64,000 bases of DNA from Entomortierella parvispora E1425 (taxonomy: Eukaryota > Fungi > Mortierellomycota). Shown piece after piece: positions 11,972-23,781 of this stretch. The position numbers and the translations under genes were made by a program. Every line of letters starts with the position of its first letter. Positions within the stretch are counted from its first letter, which is position 1. The notes beneath the pieces are model-generated. The model did no database searches and was not told the DNA's origin. It saw only the letters and a program-made list of their open reading frames with translations. The DNA is taken from contig BQFW01000004.1 in the NCBI GenBank assembly GCA_020891255.1, forward strand, positions 2,294,001 to 2,358,000. Reading direction: 5' to 3'.

Positions 11972-12782
11972 TTATGCGGTCTCCGAGAGATGAACCAACA
12001 TCTTCTCAAAGTCAAAGTTGGGGTGATCGGGATCGGTGATGACGCCTAAAGAGGAATTGAGATATGAAGAATCATTGTTAGGGAACGAGAACGCAAAAAA
12101 AAGGGTCCTTTTAGCGCCAAAGGACAAAAGATCAAAACAAAAGATAGATCAACTGTGTACCTCCGGCAGGGGCGTTCTTCTTGGTCCACTCGGCCTTGGC
12201 CTCAGCAATCAAACGATCACGGTGCTCGATCTTGATCTGCTCAGCGCGGCTGTGCTCCATGGCGGTGAGGGTGTTGTGGTGGACGAAGCCATATGCGAGG
12301 CCACCGACCAAAGCAGACCAGCGGGCAACCTAGATAAAGAAATGAAGATGGATTCCAGGGGGTTAGCTTTGGAAAAGTTTTTTTTTGTGATTTTGTGCAT
12401 TTGATTTTGGTGGCGTTCGCGGAGTGAAGAAAACTCGGGCCTCCTGAATGGTCGAATGCTTGGACGCTTCTTTCAGCTGCCATTGCGGAGGGGATCGATC
12501 TGTCGGCCTGATATCCAAAGAATTTCTCCATCGTGCTAGCCGAAAGTCTGCCAGATGTCCAAGGTCAAGTTGTTTTATCCACTGAAAGCAAGACCGAGGA
12601 GTTTGGGTCCAGATTTATCCTTGTTCCTGAATTCATGCCAAGATCGATCGTCTGGGTGGCATCAGTAACAAGAGGGACTATTTTCGATGTCCCGGGGTGA
12701 ACTGAGGATGAGGGGTAGTTCTCTGGGAAGACAGGGATAATAAACGCACGTTTCTGATGGGGTTGACAACGGGGGCGGACAT
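11972..12782 (-). CDS. ATP21: Mitochondrial ATP synthase subunit e (Atp21/Tim11), 3 exons (12782-12750, 12329-12161, 12045-11972), 91 aa
   Basis: MSAPVVNPIRN|VARWSALVGGLAYGFVHH...RLIAEAKAEWTKKNAPAG|VITDPDHPNFDFEKML: RWSAL-GxxxG TM motif and DP..PNFDFE tail of subunit e. Exon lengths 33+169+74=276 nt are in frame. Confidence 0.93.
12493..12649 (-). ncRNA. Candidate intronic structured RNA (possibly H/ACA snoRNA) in ATP21 intron 1
   Basis: GATCGATC copies at 12493-12500 and 12642-12649 form a terminal stem. There is an ANANNA box (ATAAAA, 12573-12578 on the minus strand), a 3' hairpin (CTTGA/TCAGG, CATC/GATG, CTGGC/GCTAG) and an ACA triplet at 12501-12503. Folded by eye only. Confidence 0.35.
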
Positions 12783-13228
12783 GGTGAAGAATTAGGGAGT
12801 GGAGAGAGGGAGAAGGGGATGCAAGGATGCGACGGAGACAACGAGTTGATGGCCCCGGCTGTCCCGGACAAGAGAGCCAAAAAAAGGGATGTTCACCGTA
12901 TATGTCCGATCGCATGGGCTTCTCTTGAGTGTCATGTGATTTATTTTAGTACAGTAATGTGGCATCCATTTTTGCCACCAAACTCTTTTTGTCGCGTTGT
13001 GTTCCCTCGTGGGTGCAGAATGACAGAATGACCGAATGACGAGCTCAGAGAAAAGAGACAGGCCAGGCGAAGCAAAGGCGCCCATTCTTTTGTTCTTTGG
13101 TTCTTGCGGTTGTGTTGTGCTGTCGCCCTCCCTTCTCGCCGCGTGCTGTCTTGTCTGTTTTGGTCGAATGGTGCAGTCTGCGATACGCCCGAGATGAACC
13201 CAAGCCCCTCCCTTTTTCCCTGTTCCTT

Positions 13229-13305
13229 TTGCACCCTTGCACCCTTGCACCCTTGTACCCTTTGCATTCAGGGCCAAAGAGCCCTTGTCCAGAGTCCTTG
13301 CACCC
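13229..13305 (+). promoter_or_regulatory. Tandem TTGCACCC octamer cluster in the ATP21/kinase divergent intergenic region
   Basis: TTGCACCC x3 plus TTGTACCC at 13229-13260, another copy at 13298-13305, and a reverse GGGTGCA at 13011-13017. Regulatory role is inferred. Confidence 0.35.
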
Positions 13306-13909
13306 TTGGGTCTCCCACAGCGACCGCGCAGAGCCGGCAGAGGGGACAAGGGCTCTGGAGCTTTGCCCCTGGACTGTGCACGCACCCTCCACGCGATCAG
13401 TGCCTGGTGCTGCCGAGAACAGATAAAAGCAATGTGGATGGACACATGCGCGTCCACAAGGGTGTCAACATCAGGTCATGGCGAGCAAAGCAGAAAAGGC
13501 AAGCAGTAGGAGAGCAAGCAAGTCAAGCATCTCATGCCATGCCACCAGCGTACCATCTGCTGCGTGGCAATGCAACAGAAAAAGAACAAAGGATAGAAGA
13601 AGGCGCGATCTGCCTTTGGTACCTTTGTCCTTCTTTCCTTCCTTCCTTCTCTCCCTTCAGCTGTTCTTGCCTTCGTGTGTTTGCTCTCCTTTTGTTTCCT
13701 CCCTCCATTCGTCTTTCCTTCCTTCACTTTCACCCGTCCAGCATCCAGCTTTCTCCATCCATCCATCCATCTTCTCCCTCCTTTCCCATCTCTCTCCCCC
13801 CTTCTCCTCCTTCTCGCCCCCTTCCATCCTCATCTCATGCCGTGATTCCCCCCCACTTGACTTCCCTTTCCTTTCCTATTCTTCCTCTTCTTCTCTGAAG
13901 TACACATCA

Positions 13910-16900
13910 ATGTCCAACCTTGCTCCTCCTCCTCCTCCTCTTAATCGGAGACCTTCCATTCACACTTCATCCAGAGCCTCTTCTGCTCGCACCACTTCTA
14001 ATCGCCAACCCTCGACTTTTGAGATTGAAGTCGAGTACATCAGTCACAACCAACTCCCCCTTCGCCACAGCGCCAGTCGCCCCAATCTTGAAACTCTTGA
14101 CGAACTAGGCGACCAGGATCCCCATCAGGACAACCCACCGCCTCCGGTTCAACATGCCCTGGAACGAGTCATCGAAGAGGTAGAAGGGCAAGACGAGGAA
14201 GAAGAGGACGACGAGGGCATTGGAGCCATCCTCGGCCAGGGTCTCCAACGAGACACGTCCACTCCTCCGCCCCAAAATCGGCCCTCTCCAAGGCCCTATC
14301 CCGCTACCCTTCCCCGTCAACGACCCATCCGACCAACTTCACAACAGGTGATGCCACAATCCTGGCACCAGCAGCTACAACAACACCAGCATATCTCGGC
14401 CCTCCCTTCCGTCCCAGAAGATCGTTTCACGCGTATATACCAGCCGGCATTGCATGCTGCTCGTCAGAGCAACCACAGTGTTGGGAATCAGCACTCCGTC
14501 CAGACCTCCATCGCTCATAGTGAATATCTTCAATCCTCACATGTTGAGCACGACGATACACCTGCTCTTTCTGTTACAGGATCGCAGTCCGAGGACGAGG
14601 ACGAGCCAGATCTCCGTTCACCCATGGACTGCCTCGAGTTGATTAATGATGAAGATGTACCAGAACAAGAAGGGATACTAGAACCTACTCAGGGAACAGG
14701 AACCTCAATGGAAGGCATAAGGCCTGTCATGCCACCCATCCCAGAGCCATCAGAGATAGAGACACATGAGACACTGAAGCGGGAAAGGACCCGGATTCTG
14801 GAGCGGCGCGTGGTGAGCAGCTATCGTCAGATTGATTACCAGGACATTAGCAACGTCCAGCCATTGAAGAAGGGCGGCTATGGCGAGATCCATACAGCGG
14901 AATGGTCTCATCTTCGAGTGGTGCTTAAACGCGCGCTGCCGGAGCACAGCGAGGGCGTCGAGCAGTTCGAACAGGAGGTAAAAAAAAAAAAAAAAAAAAA
15001 AGTGTGATCGACGTTGCGAACAGACGAAAGGAGGGAGGGGTATTCTTGGACATGCTATTTTTGGGACAGAGAGCAAGAGATACATGGACGCTTTATGTTC
15101 TAACTGAACCCCAATTTTTTTTCTTTTTCTGTCCTTTTGTCGCCCGTTCCTCTCCTGATAGCTCGAGATCTTGAAACGCGTGCATGACTACGACTTTATT
15201 GTGCCTTTTTACGGAGTGACGACCGATCCTCGGACAAATGTTAAATGCATGGTCATGAAACACTGCACCAATGGCAACTTGTGCACATTTTTGGAAAAGA
15301 ACCATTGCAATCTCACTTGGTCCGAGAGGTACCGACTCTCGATCGAGATTACGAAAGGGCTCGAGTTTCTCCACAAGTCTGGCTTTCACCATCGGGACTT
15401 GCACAGTGGCAACATTCTTCTAGACGACAAACGGACGGCTATGATTTGCGACTTTGGATTGAGTCGGTCCTCTTCCAAGGATCAGACCAGTGATATAGCA
15501 GCGACGGTGGGGGTAGCCTCGTTTTTGGCCCCTGAACGGTTCCCGGCCAAGAGACCCATCTACAATGCAGCGTGCGATATATACAGTTTGGGCGTGATCT
15601 TTTGGCACATTTCATCCGGCAGAATCCCTTTTGCCAAGCGATTGAGAGAACCCATGCTGCTCAAGGAACTCATGGAAGGTCTACGGGAGGAGACTGTGCC
15701 CGGAACACCTAAAGAGTACAGGGAGATGTTGGTAAAGTGCTGGGATGTTAAGCCAGCCAAGCGACTGAAAATTGATGTCGTGATCGCCATCCTGCAGACC
15801 CTGATGGCTCGACCCCAGGAACCAATTCACCAGGCGGCTACTGGTTTCTCAGTACCGAGCGAAACAGAGTCGGCGGCGCTGCCTATACCCCCAGAACTAA
15901 ACTCGCGCATGGCGAGTTTGGAGCGAGCCTCGAATACTCTGAACAGGATGGTCTTTGATATCCAGGACCCCATGATGCAGGATGTTGTCCAATACATCAC
16001 TCGTAAGTTCTTTGGCAAAATGAACATGTTGATTCCATGGTCCGTTTCTTTTTTTCTACCGTGTCAATATCTAACAGACCAATTATTTTATTTTGCGATT
16101 GTCTTGATCAGGAACGCGAGCGTACTTCAGAGAGAGGAGCGAGCCTCTGGAACCCTATTCTACATCGAACCCACCCAGAACCCCAATATTTCTTTGCCCA
16201 CTCGTGGGGGACATTGCTGCCCTTCACTACTATCTCACCCGCGGCGGGTCATATAATCCCATCAACGAATCCAGTGCCAAGACAGGCGACACGGCCTTGC
16301 ACCTGGCCTGCTTATTTTTGGAGTCGCCCATGGACACGATCAAGATCTTGGTCGAACTGGGCGCAGATATCAATCTGGAAAACTTGCAGGGCTACACCCC
16401 CGTCATGATCCTGGTCTCTTCCAACACTCAATATTGTTATGAGGCCCTCAAGTTCTTTGTGATGCGCGGCGCTCGGATCCCAGCTTATATCCGAAACCCG
16501 ATCACGCCGTTGAACAGTGCTCAGATCTATGCCTTGAATCTCGTCAACGAGTCTCGACGGGTGCATGAGGGAGACTCTACGACCGCGGATGGCGGAGAGG
16601 GTGTTGGTGGTGGCAATGGCGGTACTTCTGCTCAAGATCGTCGACATTCTCGACAGCAACATCGAGTATCGTTGCAGAATCAAAACGTGTTTCAGGAACG
16701 AGGAGGGCGTAAAGTTGACCGATTGATGGCGCAAGGTCGACCGCTGATTCATGTCGTGGCGGCGATGCAGGAGGATTACCGTATTCTGGACTGTCTCTGT
16801 GAGGCTGGCCTAGACCCTGCCATGTCCTTTGGAGGTGAGACCGCCTTGGCGGCAGCGGCCGCTCATCTAAGAATCAAGAATGTAGAATGGCTGTTGAATC

Positions 16901-17589
16901 ACGATCTGGATATTAGCTCTGAGGCAGGGATCCAGAGGGCGATCAAGGTCGTCAAGCTCCTGCACCAACAGTCATCTCCCTTGGGCACCAACCTTACCTT
17001 TTCGACGAGCGATCCTCACCATCATCATGGTTACCATCAAGGATATAATCATGGTCGGTCGGCAAGCACTCCGGGCTCGAATGGTCGGTTGATGGAGCAC
17101 ATGAACGTCCCCAAGGACTTTCCGGATAATTTAAGAGACCTCGGACGGTACAGTTGGGCCGGGGTTGCCTACGGCGAGGCAGACGGGATCGGACGTGATA
17201 TGGTCGGACCGGTTCTACACCTTTTGAACCAGTGGACGGGCAGTCAGCGTATCGCGAAACGGAAGGAGGTGGCTACGAAATTGAAGGTCATGTACGGCAG
17301 CTCTATGGATCCGATCACGAGTCATCATGAAGGCCCCTCTTGTGTCTCGGTCGCCAGCACGAACAGCAATGGAAGCAACAGCAGCCAGGGAAGTCATGGT
17401 GGTGGTGGCCAACCGTTGCCGCATCATCTGCCTAGACCCAGTCAGCAGAACTTGCCGTACTTGCACCACCCCACTAACCCGAATACCTTTCATGGTCGAG
17501 GGCCCGTCGTCCAGAGCGCCAGATCTCTGAGAAAGAGCCAGCGGCATCTCATTGATCAGGCTCTGAACGAGAAACCACGATTTTGGTGA
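13910..17589 (+). CDS. Tyrosine-kinase-like (TKL) protein kinase with C-terminal ankyrin repeats, 3 exons (13910-14977, 15162-16002, 16112-17589)
   Basis: GGYGEI, VVLK, HRDLHSGNILL, DFG, APE, DIYSLG kinase motifs. Ankyrin consensus GDTALHLAC...LVELGADINLENLQGYTP, GRPLIHVVA, GETALAAAA. Both introns preserve the frame. Confidence 0.93.
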
Positions 17590-17969
17590 AAGCCTTGACC
17601 CCCGCTGCTTCACCAGCTCCAGAGAGCGGCAAGCAAAAAGAAGAGAAGAAGGGACAAAAGAAATACATACCCCCCTCCTTCTTTCCTTCCATCTTCCTTG
17701 GTTTCTTAAAATATCTCATATCCACCACTTGTAATTGTATCTTTTTGTTTTTATCATCCATTCTTCTCCCTTTTGCATCTCAGTGAGGCATCCTTCTCAT
17801 CCCCTCACCTTTTCTCATACTCTTTCTCTTCTCTGAAAGACAATCAATAAACCCGCGAGGACTTTCTACTCTGATCTGATTCTCTCTTTTTTTTTTTTTT
17901 TTTTTTTTTTTTGGATATTTTAATGATGACAAAACTTCAAAGATGGTCCCATATTCTGTGTTGTCTTGC

Positions 17970-20966
17970 TCAGTTGTCACCGCCCAAGACATATTGTCCG
18001 CCCTTTCGAAGACTCTCCCAGACGTCGTTGGGGGTCAAGTGACTGGGACGGCGGTTGGGACTGGACGTCGGACCTGACTGTTGCTCCTCGAACTCCACTC
18101 CCTGGTCACTCTTTCGGCCATCAAAGAGCGTCTGAAGACTTACAACCGTCATCTCGGGATCATCCAGGCGCTTCCAGGTATCGACGCGCTGACCATTCTT
18201 CAAAATCTCAAAGACGCGAGACCGTCTTGGGAAAGAGGCGCTACCATAGGAGCCGTAGCCGAGTCCACCGCCGTAGCACAGGTTGATTCCGCGATGGTCC
18301 AAACACTAGGAGATTGCGATGAAAGAAGGGAGGATGGGAGGGCAAAGGTTAACAACAGTTTTTAAAGCATCCGATGGATAGGAGGTCAAAAGAAAAAAAA
18401 AGAAAAGAGGACGAGTTCCTTACGTAGTCGTTGACATGGTCATGGCCGGCCGTTGTGGCTCGAACATCTCTGCTTTCAAAGATGGCATCAAACATGCCCG
18501 AGTTGTAAGAGGGGGAGCTCACACGCTCTCCCTTGTCTCCAACCACTCGGCCATCATCGTCATCCTTTCTGTGCTTCTTGTGGGCCTTTCTTGAGTTTTT
18601 GCCATTGTCATCATCCTCGTCATCGCCATCCTCGGGTGGGGCATCTTCCGGCTCTGTGAGGTCGTACTCTGGAATTGGGATATGGAAGAACGCCAAGGCA
18701 TTTGGGATCTCATCTGACTGGTATCGGGATGTAATCTCTCTCGAAGTTTGACGGAACCATTCAACCTGGTCTTCCTTAATCCAGTCCCATCCAGGGTATT
18801 CAAGACTGAAACTGTAAGCGCCCGAATCCAAGAAATAGAGCGTAAACTGACTCTTGTCGTCCTTTCGGAGGCTGTCCATTCCCCCCCAGCTGTGACCTCT
18901 GTGTCGGTGGTTGTAGATGCTGAGAACGTAGTTGCCAGTGCCAGAGATGCCGAGAGGTCCACGTTCAGAGAGTGAATAAGGGATGTCCTGAACAGATCGC
19001 ATCATTTCTTCACGCGAAAGATCGCCCTCTTCATCGTGATTACCAAAGATGATGGTCCATGGGATGCCTCTGTCCACGACTGGTTTGGAGTACTTGAGGA
19101 TCGTCTGTTGGATTTCAAATTAAAAGTGGGTTGGAGTGAGTCGAAGGCGTCAATCATTCTAAATAACAGCTCTTTCGCATTGTATGATTCCCGAATTAAC
19201 TTACAGCATAGGCATCCTTAGAGCTGAGACCGTCCACGTTGTCACCAGTGTAGACAACAAGGTCAGGCCGTTCGGCTTCAAGCATTCTTTCCATCATCTC
19301 AAGGGTATTGATGTCTCCAGTGCACTCCATCTAAATGTTCAAATCAGGCAGCAATGTTAGAACAATCTTGCTACCCTCGATCTATTAGCCATCTCTCTGA
19401 CAAGAAAAAGCCACTTACGGTGCTGGGGACATTGTAGCAGGAATGAGGTCCTGTTGCCATGTGGATATCGGCAAACTGTACAATCTTGAAGGAGCCATTC
19501 TCCTTGAACCGCAGCTTTGGAACAACCGGCAAAGCCTTATGGCCAGTCCGGTAAATCACTTGAGCGTTCCAGTCTGGGACCTCCTCCCCCTTGCTTTCGC
19601 CCTCAAATGCAGCAACGTTCCAACGGTACGGAATCTGATTTGATCCGAGCTCCACAGCGATATTGTCGACTGCATGCAAACGTTCCTCTCCAAGCTGCCC
19701 ACGCTTCAGGGAAACAAAGATGTTGCTGTCCTTGAACCGGATACCGGTATCCAAGATTTCTTTGTCCATGTCATCGTTTTCGTCTCCACTATCGTCTTGT
19801 CTTTGGAGGCCCAGGCTCAGACTGGTGATGGGTCGCTCTCCTGGCACAGACTTGTAAAACAGATAGAGATAGCGCTTAAACGTTCCAGTCATGATTGGGC
19901 GGTTAATACGAGTCCAAGAATCATCCATGATGCAGGGTGCAATCGTGCATGCTTTGGTGGCGATGTGTGTGATAGGCTCGCGAGGCCCTGACTTTTTGTA
20001 GTACAGGTACACCCATTGACCACCTAGGGAGATTACAAAAGAGGAATAAACAAACAGTCGTTGTGAACACATGGATGATCATTCGATTTCTCTTGGCCCC
20101 TCTTTTCTCTCTTGCTCAGGCGCAGTCATCTGCCCATCTCGCCTGTTTACCTGTGCCTGTGTTCAAGTCTAGAGGCAATCGATCGTATCCGATAGCTGCA
20201 TGGCTGTCGTAACCATACTTGACCACAATACTGTCAACGGGCGCCTGCGAGGGATCTCTCTTCACAAACATGGTCAAGACAGGTCCCCGATTACCGTCGT
20301 TCAGGTTGCCCTCCAGCTTTTCCCATTCGGGTCCCATATCAGCATCCTGACCCTGTTGAACGGCTAGCTGAGTGATGGGGTGTTGTTGTCGTCGTCGTTT
20401 GCGGTCATGACGACCTTTTCTTTTGCGCTGCTCTTGCGCAGTGTCCAGTGCCAAGAGGTCGTTGTCCTCTTCGGGTTGATGTTCATCGTCCGCAAAGTGA
20501 AGGTGGACAAAGCTACCGCGCGAGTATTTGTTCAAGTCCTGGGGCACCTTTCGATAGCCAGGGATACTACAGTTGTCCTCTGGACAGGCTGTGATCCGGA
20601 TATCGGTGATCCCCGAGAGAACTCCAGTCGCAGCTGCAGTCGGGCCCGCCGTTCCGTTCCAGGAGGAAGACGCACAGGCAAGGCAAAAGAGAGAGGCAGC
20701 AAGCAACAAAAAGGATAAGGAGAAGACAAATAAAAACGAGAGCACTCGAAAGGGTCAGTGGTGGTGATCCATCAACAAAAAGACATCAGCGAAGGGAGGG
20801 TGTAGGACAACACGGACTGACAAGAAACGATTGTTGCCCCTGTGCTGTGCGCGAGTGTTTCTTTTCTGTGATACCACTGAGGGAGGATGCGGTCTATACC
20901 TTGAGCAAGCTGGATTGCGCTGGAGATCCCCAGAACGAGGAGAAGGGACGAGGACCAGGTTCTCAT
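17970..20966 (-). CDS. DCR2: Dcr2/PAP29-like calcineurin-like metallophosphoesterase with signal peptide, multi-exon
   Basis: FKIVQFADIH, DLVVYTGD, IFGNHDEE, FFHIPIPEY, GHDHVNDY, LCYGGGLGYGSYG...RRSRVFEI motifs. Hydrophobic N-terminus MRTWSSSLLLVLGISSAIQLAQG. Confidence 0.9.
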
Positions 20967-21203
20967 ACGAGAGATAAAAGGGGGAGGGAGGAGTCGACTG
21001 GCGAAGTTAACGGTGGGCGGAGTTGGAGCAGCTGGAGGGGGTTGCACAGTGAAGTGAAGTCGACAGTAAAGTGGAAAGAGTTGAGTGAGTGAGTGAGTGA
21101 GTGGATGAATGAGAGGGGAGCAACGAGAATGATGGGACAAAAGGAAAGAAGGAAGGAAGGAAGGAATGGGCGAATGAATGAACGGATGGAATGGGGGGCG
21201 AGC

Positions 21204-21233
21204 AAGAGAAGAGAAGAGAAGAGAAGAGAAGAG
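21204..21233 (+). repeat. (AAGAG)6 microsatellite
   Basis: Directly visible tandem pentamer in the DCR2/zinc-knuckle divergent intergenic region. Confidence 0.9.
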
Positions 21234-21458
21234 AGAGAGGGTCAGACGAGACAGAGAAAGAGAGCAAAGAGACGACCAGTCGATGGAGGACGACTCAGAG
21301 AGTAGAGAGAGTAGAGAGAGAGAGAGACAAAAGAAGGCAAAGACGTATCCAAAAGAGGGAACCAAAGGGCAGATCGCAGTGCGTGTGTCGCTCGCTGTCG
21401 CTGTCCCGATGACCTTCTTTTCTCTGGTGGGTCTGCTGCCTGTGTGTTGTCTGTTGTC

Positions 21459-21460
<2 letters not shown>

Positions 21461-21495
<35 letters not shown>

Positions 21496-21496
21496 G
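21461..21496 (+). repeat. (TTG)12 microsatellite
   Basis: Directly visible trinucleotide run in intergenic DNA. Confidence 0.9.
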
Positions 21497-21807
21497 GGCT
21501 GCTCTCAAATGGATGGAACGAGTGAGGATAGACTATCATTGTGGCATGGCATGGGCACGGCACCCTGGCCCGGTCTGCAGTAATGCAGCGAGATGGATGT
21601 CTGGGGTCCGTTTCTCTCTTTCTCTTCACTGCACGCAGACACATCGCCAGACAGCTGTGACGCCACCAATCTCGTATCCGCCCCCTTCTCTCTCTCTATC
21701 CCTCGGTCTTTTGTTTCCCTTCTCTTCTTTCATTCATCTCCTTCTCTACTCACCCCTCCTAGAGATCACCACCCTTCACTCGACCCCCATCATCTTCACT
21801 CACCGCT

Positions 21808-23611
21808 ATGGACTCTTGGGGGACCCCTGCTTCTGCCACACCACAAGGATGGGGCTCAACTTCTGCTAGCAACAGTCCATGGAACGCATCTGCAGCCTTG
21901 GCCGCTGGTGGCGCTCCTCCTGGGACGGCTGAACCTTCTCTTTCTGAAGGAGGACCTGCAGAACCAGGGATAGACGCGGCAGGACCAGTCAGACCAGAAG
22001 GAAACGATAGCTGGGAGCAACAATCCAAGAGCATGGTCCAGTCCTTCGCCTCAGCCCCGTTGGACAATGCTCCGAAAGAAGGCATGTTGTATAATAACAA
22101 AAAAGGCTTTCTTTTATTTCTTTCCACCGTAAAGCAATGTTATCACAGGCTGCTAATCCATCGTCTTTCAACTGTCTACCATCTGTAGAACAAAAGCAGA
22201 GCTCGGCTGTTGTTGTTGAAGGTATGACCTACCTACCACTGATTTCAACTTTTACAACGCTCAACGAGCTCGCATCCAAACCTTCTTCCTGACCTCTTTA
22301 TTTCCTGCCTTGTCCAGCTCTCACCCCGACCGCCTCTATTGAAGACGTGTGGCCAGAGTTCAAAGCCGCTGACAATTTGCGCGACCTCGATGATGTCAAG
22401 CCTGCGCTTGCTCTCCTTTGTGGTGCCTTCCAGGGAAAGACCTGGCAAGAGATGGAAAAGAAGCTTCGAGACGAGAAGTGCAACACCTATCTTTTAGCAT
22501 CAGTAAGTCAATCGCCCTTCACAGTCAAATCACACCCATCGCATCAGTGGACTCACTCTGTACTCTCGGGGCCTATTTTTATTCACAGGAAGACAACGTG
22601 TCGTTTGGGTACACCTTGGTCAACTTGAAGGCCGAGCCCAATCAGCAATTCCGTGTTCTGCCCTCCTTCCTCAAGCCAGGCACTGTCAAGTCTGGTCGCA
22701 TGTCCATCGGAATGGCGTCCACTTACGAGGAGAACTTTGAGCGGCTAGCCAACGCTGGTGTTGTCCGTCCCAGCGGTATCCCTCGGTGCCTCAATTGCAA
22801 AGAAGAAGGACATCGTTCTTTTGAATGCCCTCAGGAAAAGATGCTTCCCGAAAGATCAGAGTTTTACGGAAAGTGCTACAACTGTGGTGCCACGGACCAT
22901 CGATCTCGCAATTGTCCCGAGCCACGAAAGACCATGGTCTGCAAGAACTGCAGTCAGGATGGCCACCTGGCACGCGACTGCGACCAGCCCCCTGCTCCCA
23001 TTGTTTGCAATCGCTGCAATCAAGAAGGCCATCTGTCGCGCGACTGCGACCAGCCTCGGACAGATATGACATGTCACCGCTGTGGCGAAGTTGGCCACAT
23101 GTCCCGAGACTGTGATCAGCCCCGAACCGACATGAGTTGCAACCGCTGCGGTGAGGTCGGCCACATGTCTCGCGACTGTGAGCAGCCTGCTCCTCCGATG
23201 GTGTGCAATCGCTGCAATGGAGAGGGTCATATGGCGCGCGACTGCGACCAGCCTCGAACAGATATTACCTGCAACCGCTGTGGCCAGGTTGGCCATACGT
23301 CCCGAGACTGCGACCAACCCCGAACAGATATGAGCTGTTACAACTGCGGTCAGCCTGGTCACTCGTCTCGCGACTGTGATCAGCCTTACCAGCCAAATGC
23401 AGCAGGCATGCGCTGCTACAAGGTAAAGACGACATATGGCGACGGACCAATTTTTTTTTTTGCTTTGTCAACAGAGACAACAGCTAACGCGTGTTATGTT
23501 GAGAATATCTTTTAGTGCAACGAGTCAGGCCACAAGTCGTTCGACTGTCCTAACGAGGAGGCCGGTGCTCGTCGCCGCATGTCTCGCTACGGGTTTGACC
23601 AAGGCTTTTAA
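21808..23611 (+). CDS. CCHC zinc-knuckle nucleic-acid-binding protein (10 knuckles; fungal CnjB-like family), multi-exon
   Basis: Ten CX2CX4HX4C motifs (CLNCKEEGHRSFEC ... CYK|CNESGHKSFDC). N-terminal helical block AADNLRDLDDVKPAL...EENFERLANAG resembles fungal CnjB-like zinc-knuckle proteins. Confidence 0.9.
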
Positions 23612-23781
23612 CCAAGAGATGTCGCGGTCATCTCTACGGCCTACAACGGCTTTATAGCTAGGCCCTCTCTTTCTCTGTCTTTGTCCTCTACGTTTGGGTC
23701 GAGGATTGCGGGAATCTATAGTTCTGCAATCAAGGTCGCAAAAGAGATATAAAAGATTACTGTACAATTTCGCAAACATTT

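Noticed and set aside
12241-12531. MAAERSVQ as ATP21 exon 1 with a non-canonical donor
   Set aside because: A better exon (MSAPVVNPIRN, GTGCGT donor at 12749) lies upstream, so this ATG is intronic.
12330-12749. TPP riboswitch, hammerhead, RNase P/MRP or box C/D snoRNA in the ATP21 intron
   Set aside because: Diagnostic motifs (CUGAGA/AUACCCG, CUGAUGA+GAAA core, P4 helix, RUGAUGA+CUGA at the stem) are not present on the host strand.
22960-23390. Regularly spaced ~60-bp repeats resembling a CRISPR array
   Set aside because: They are in-frame coding zinc-knuckle repeats with degenerate third positions, in a eukaryotic gene with no cas genes.
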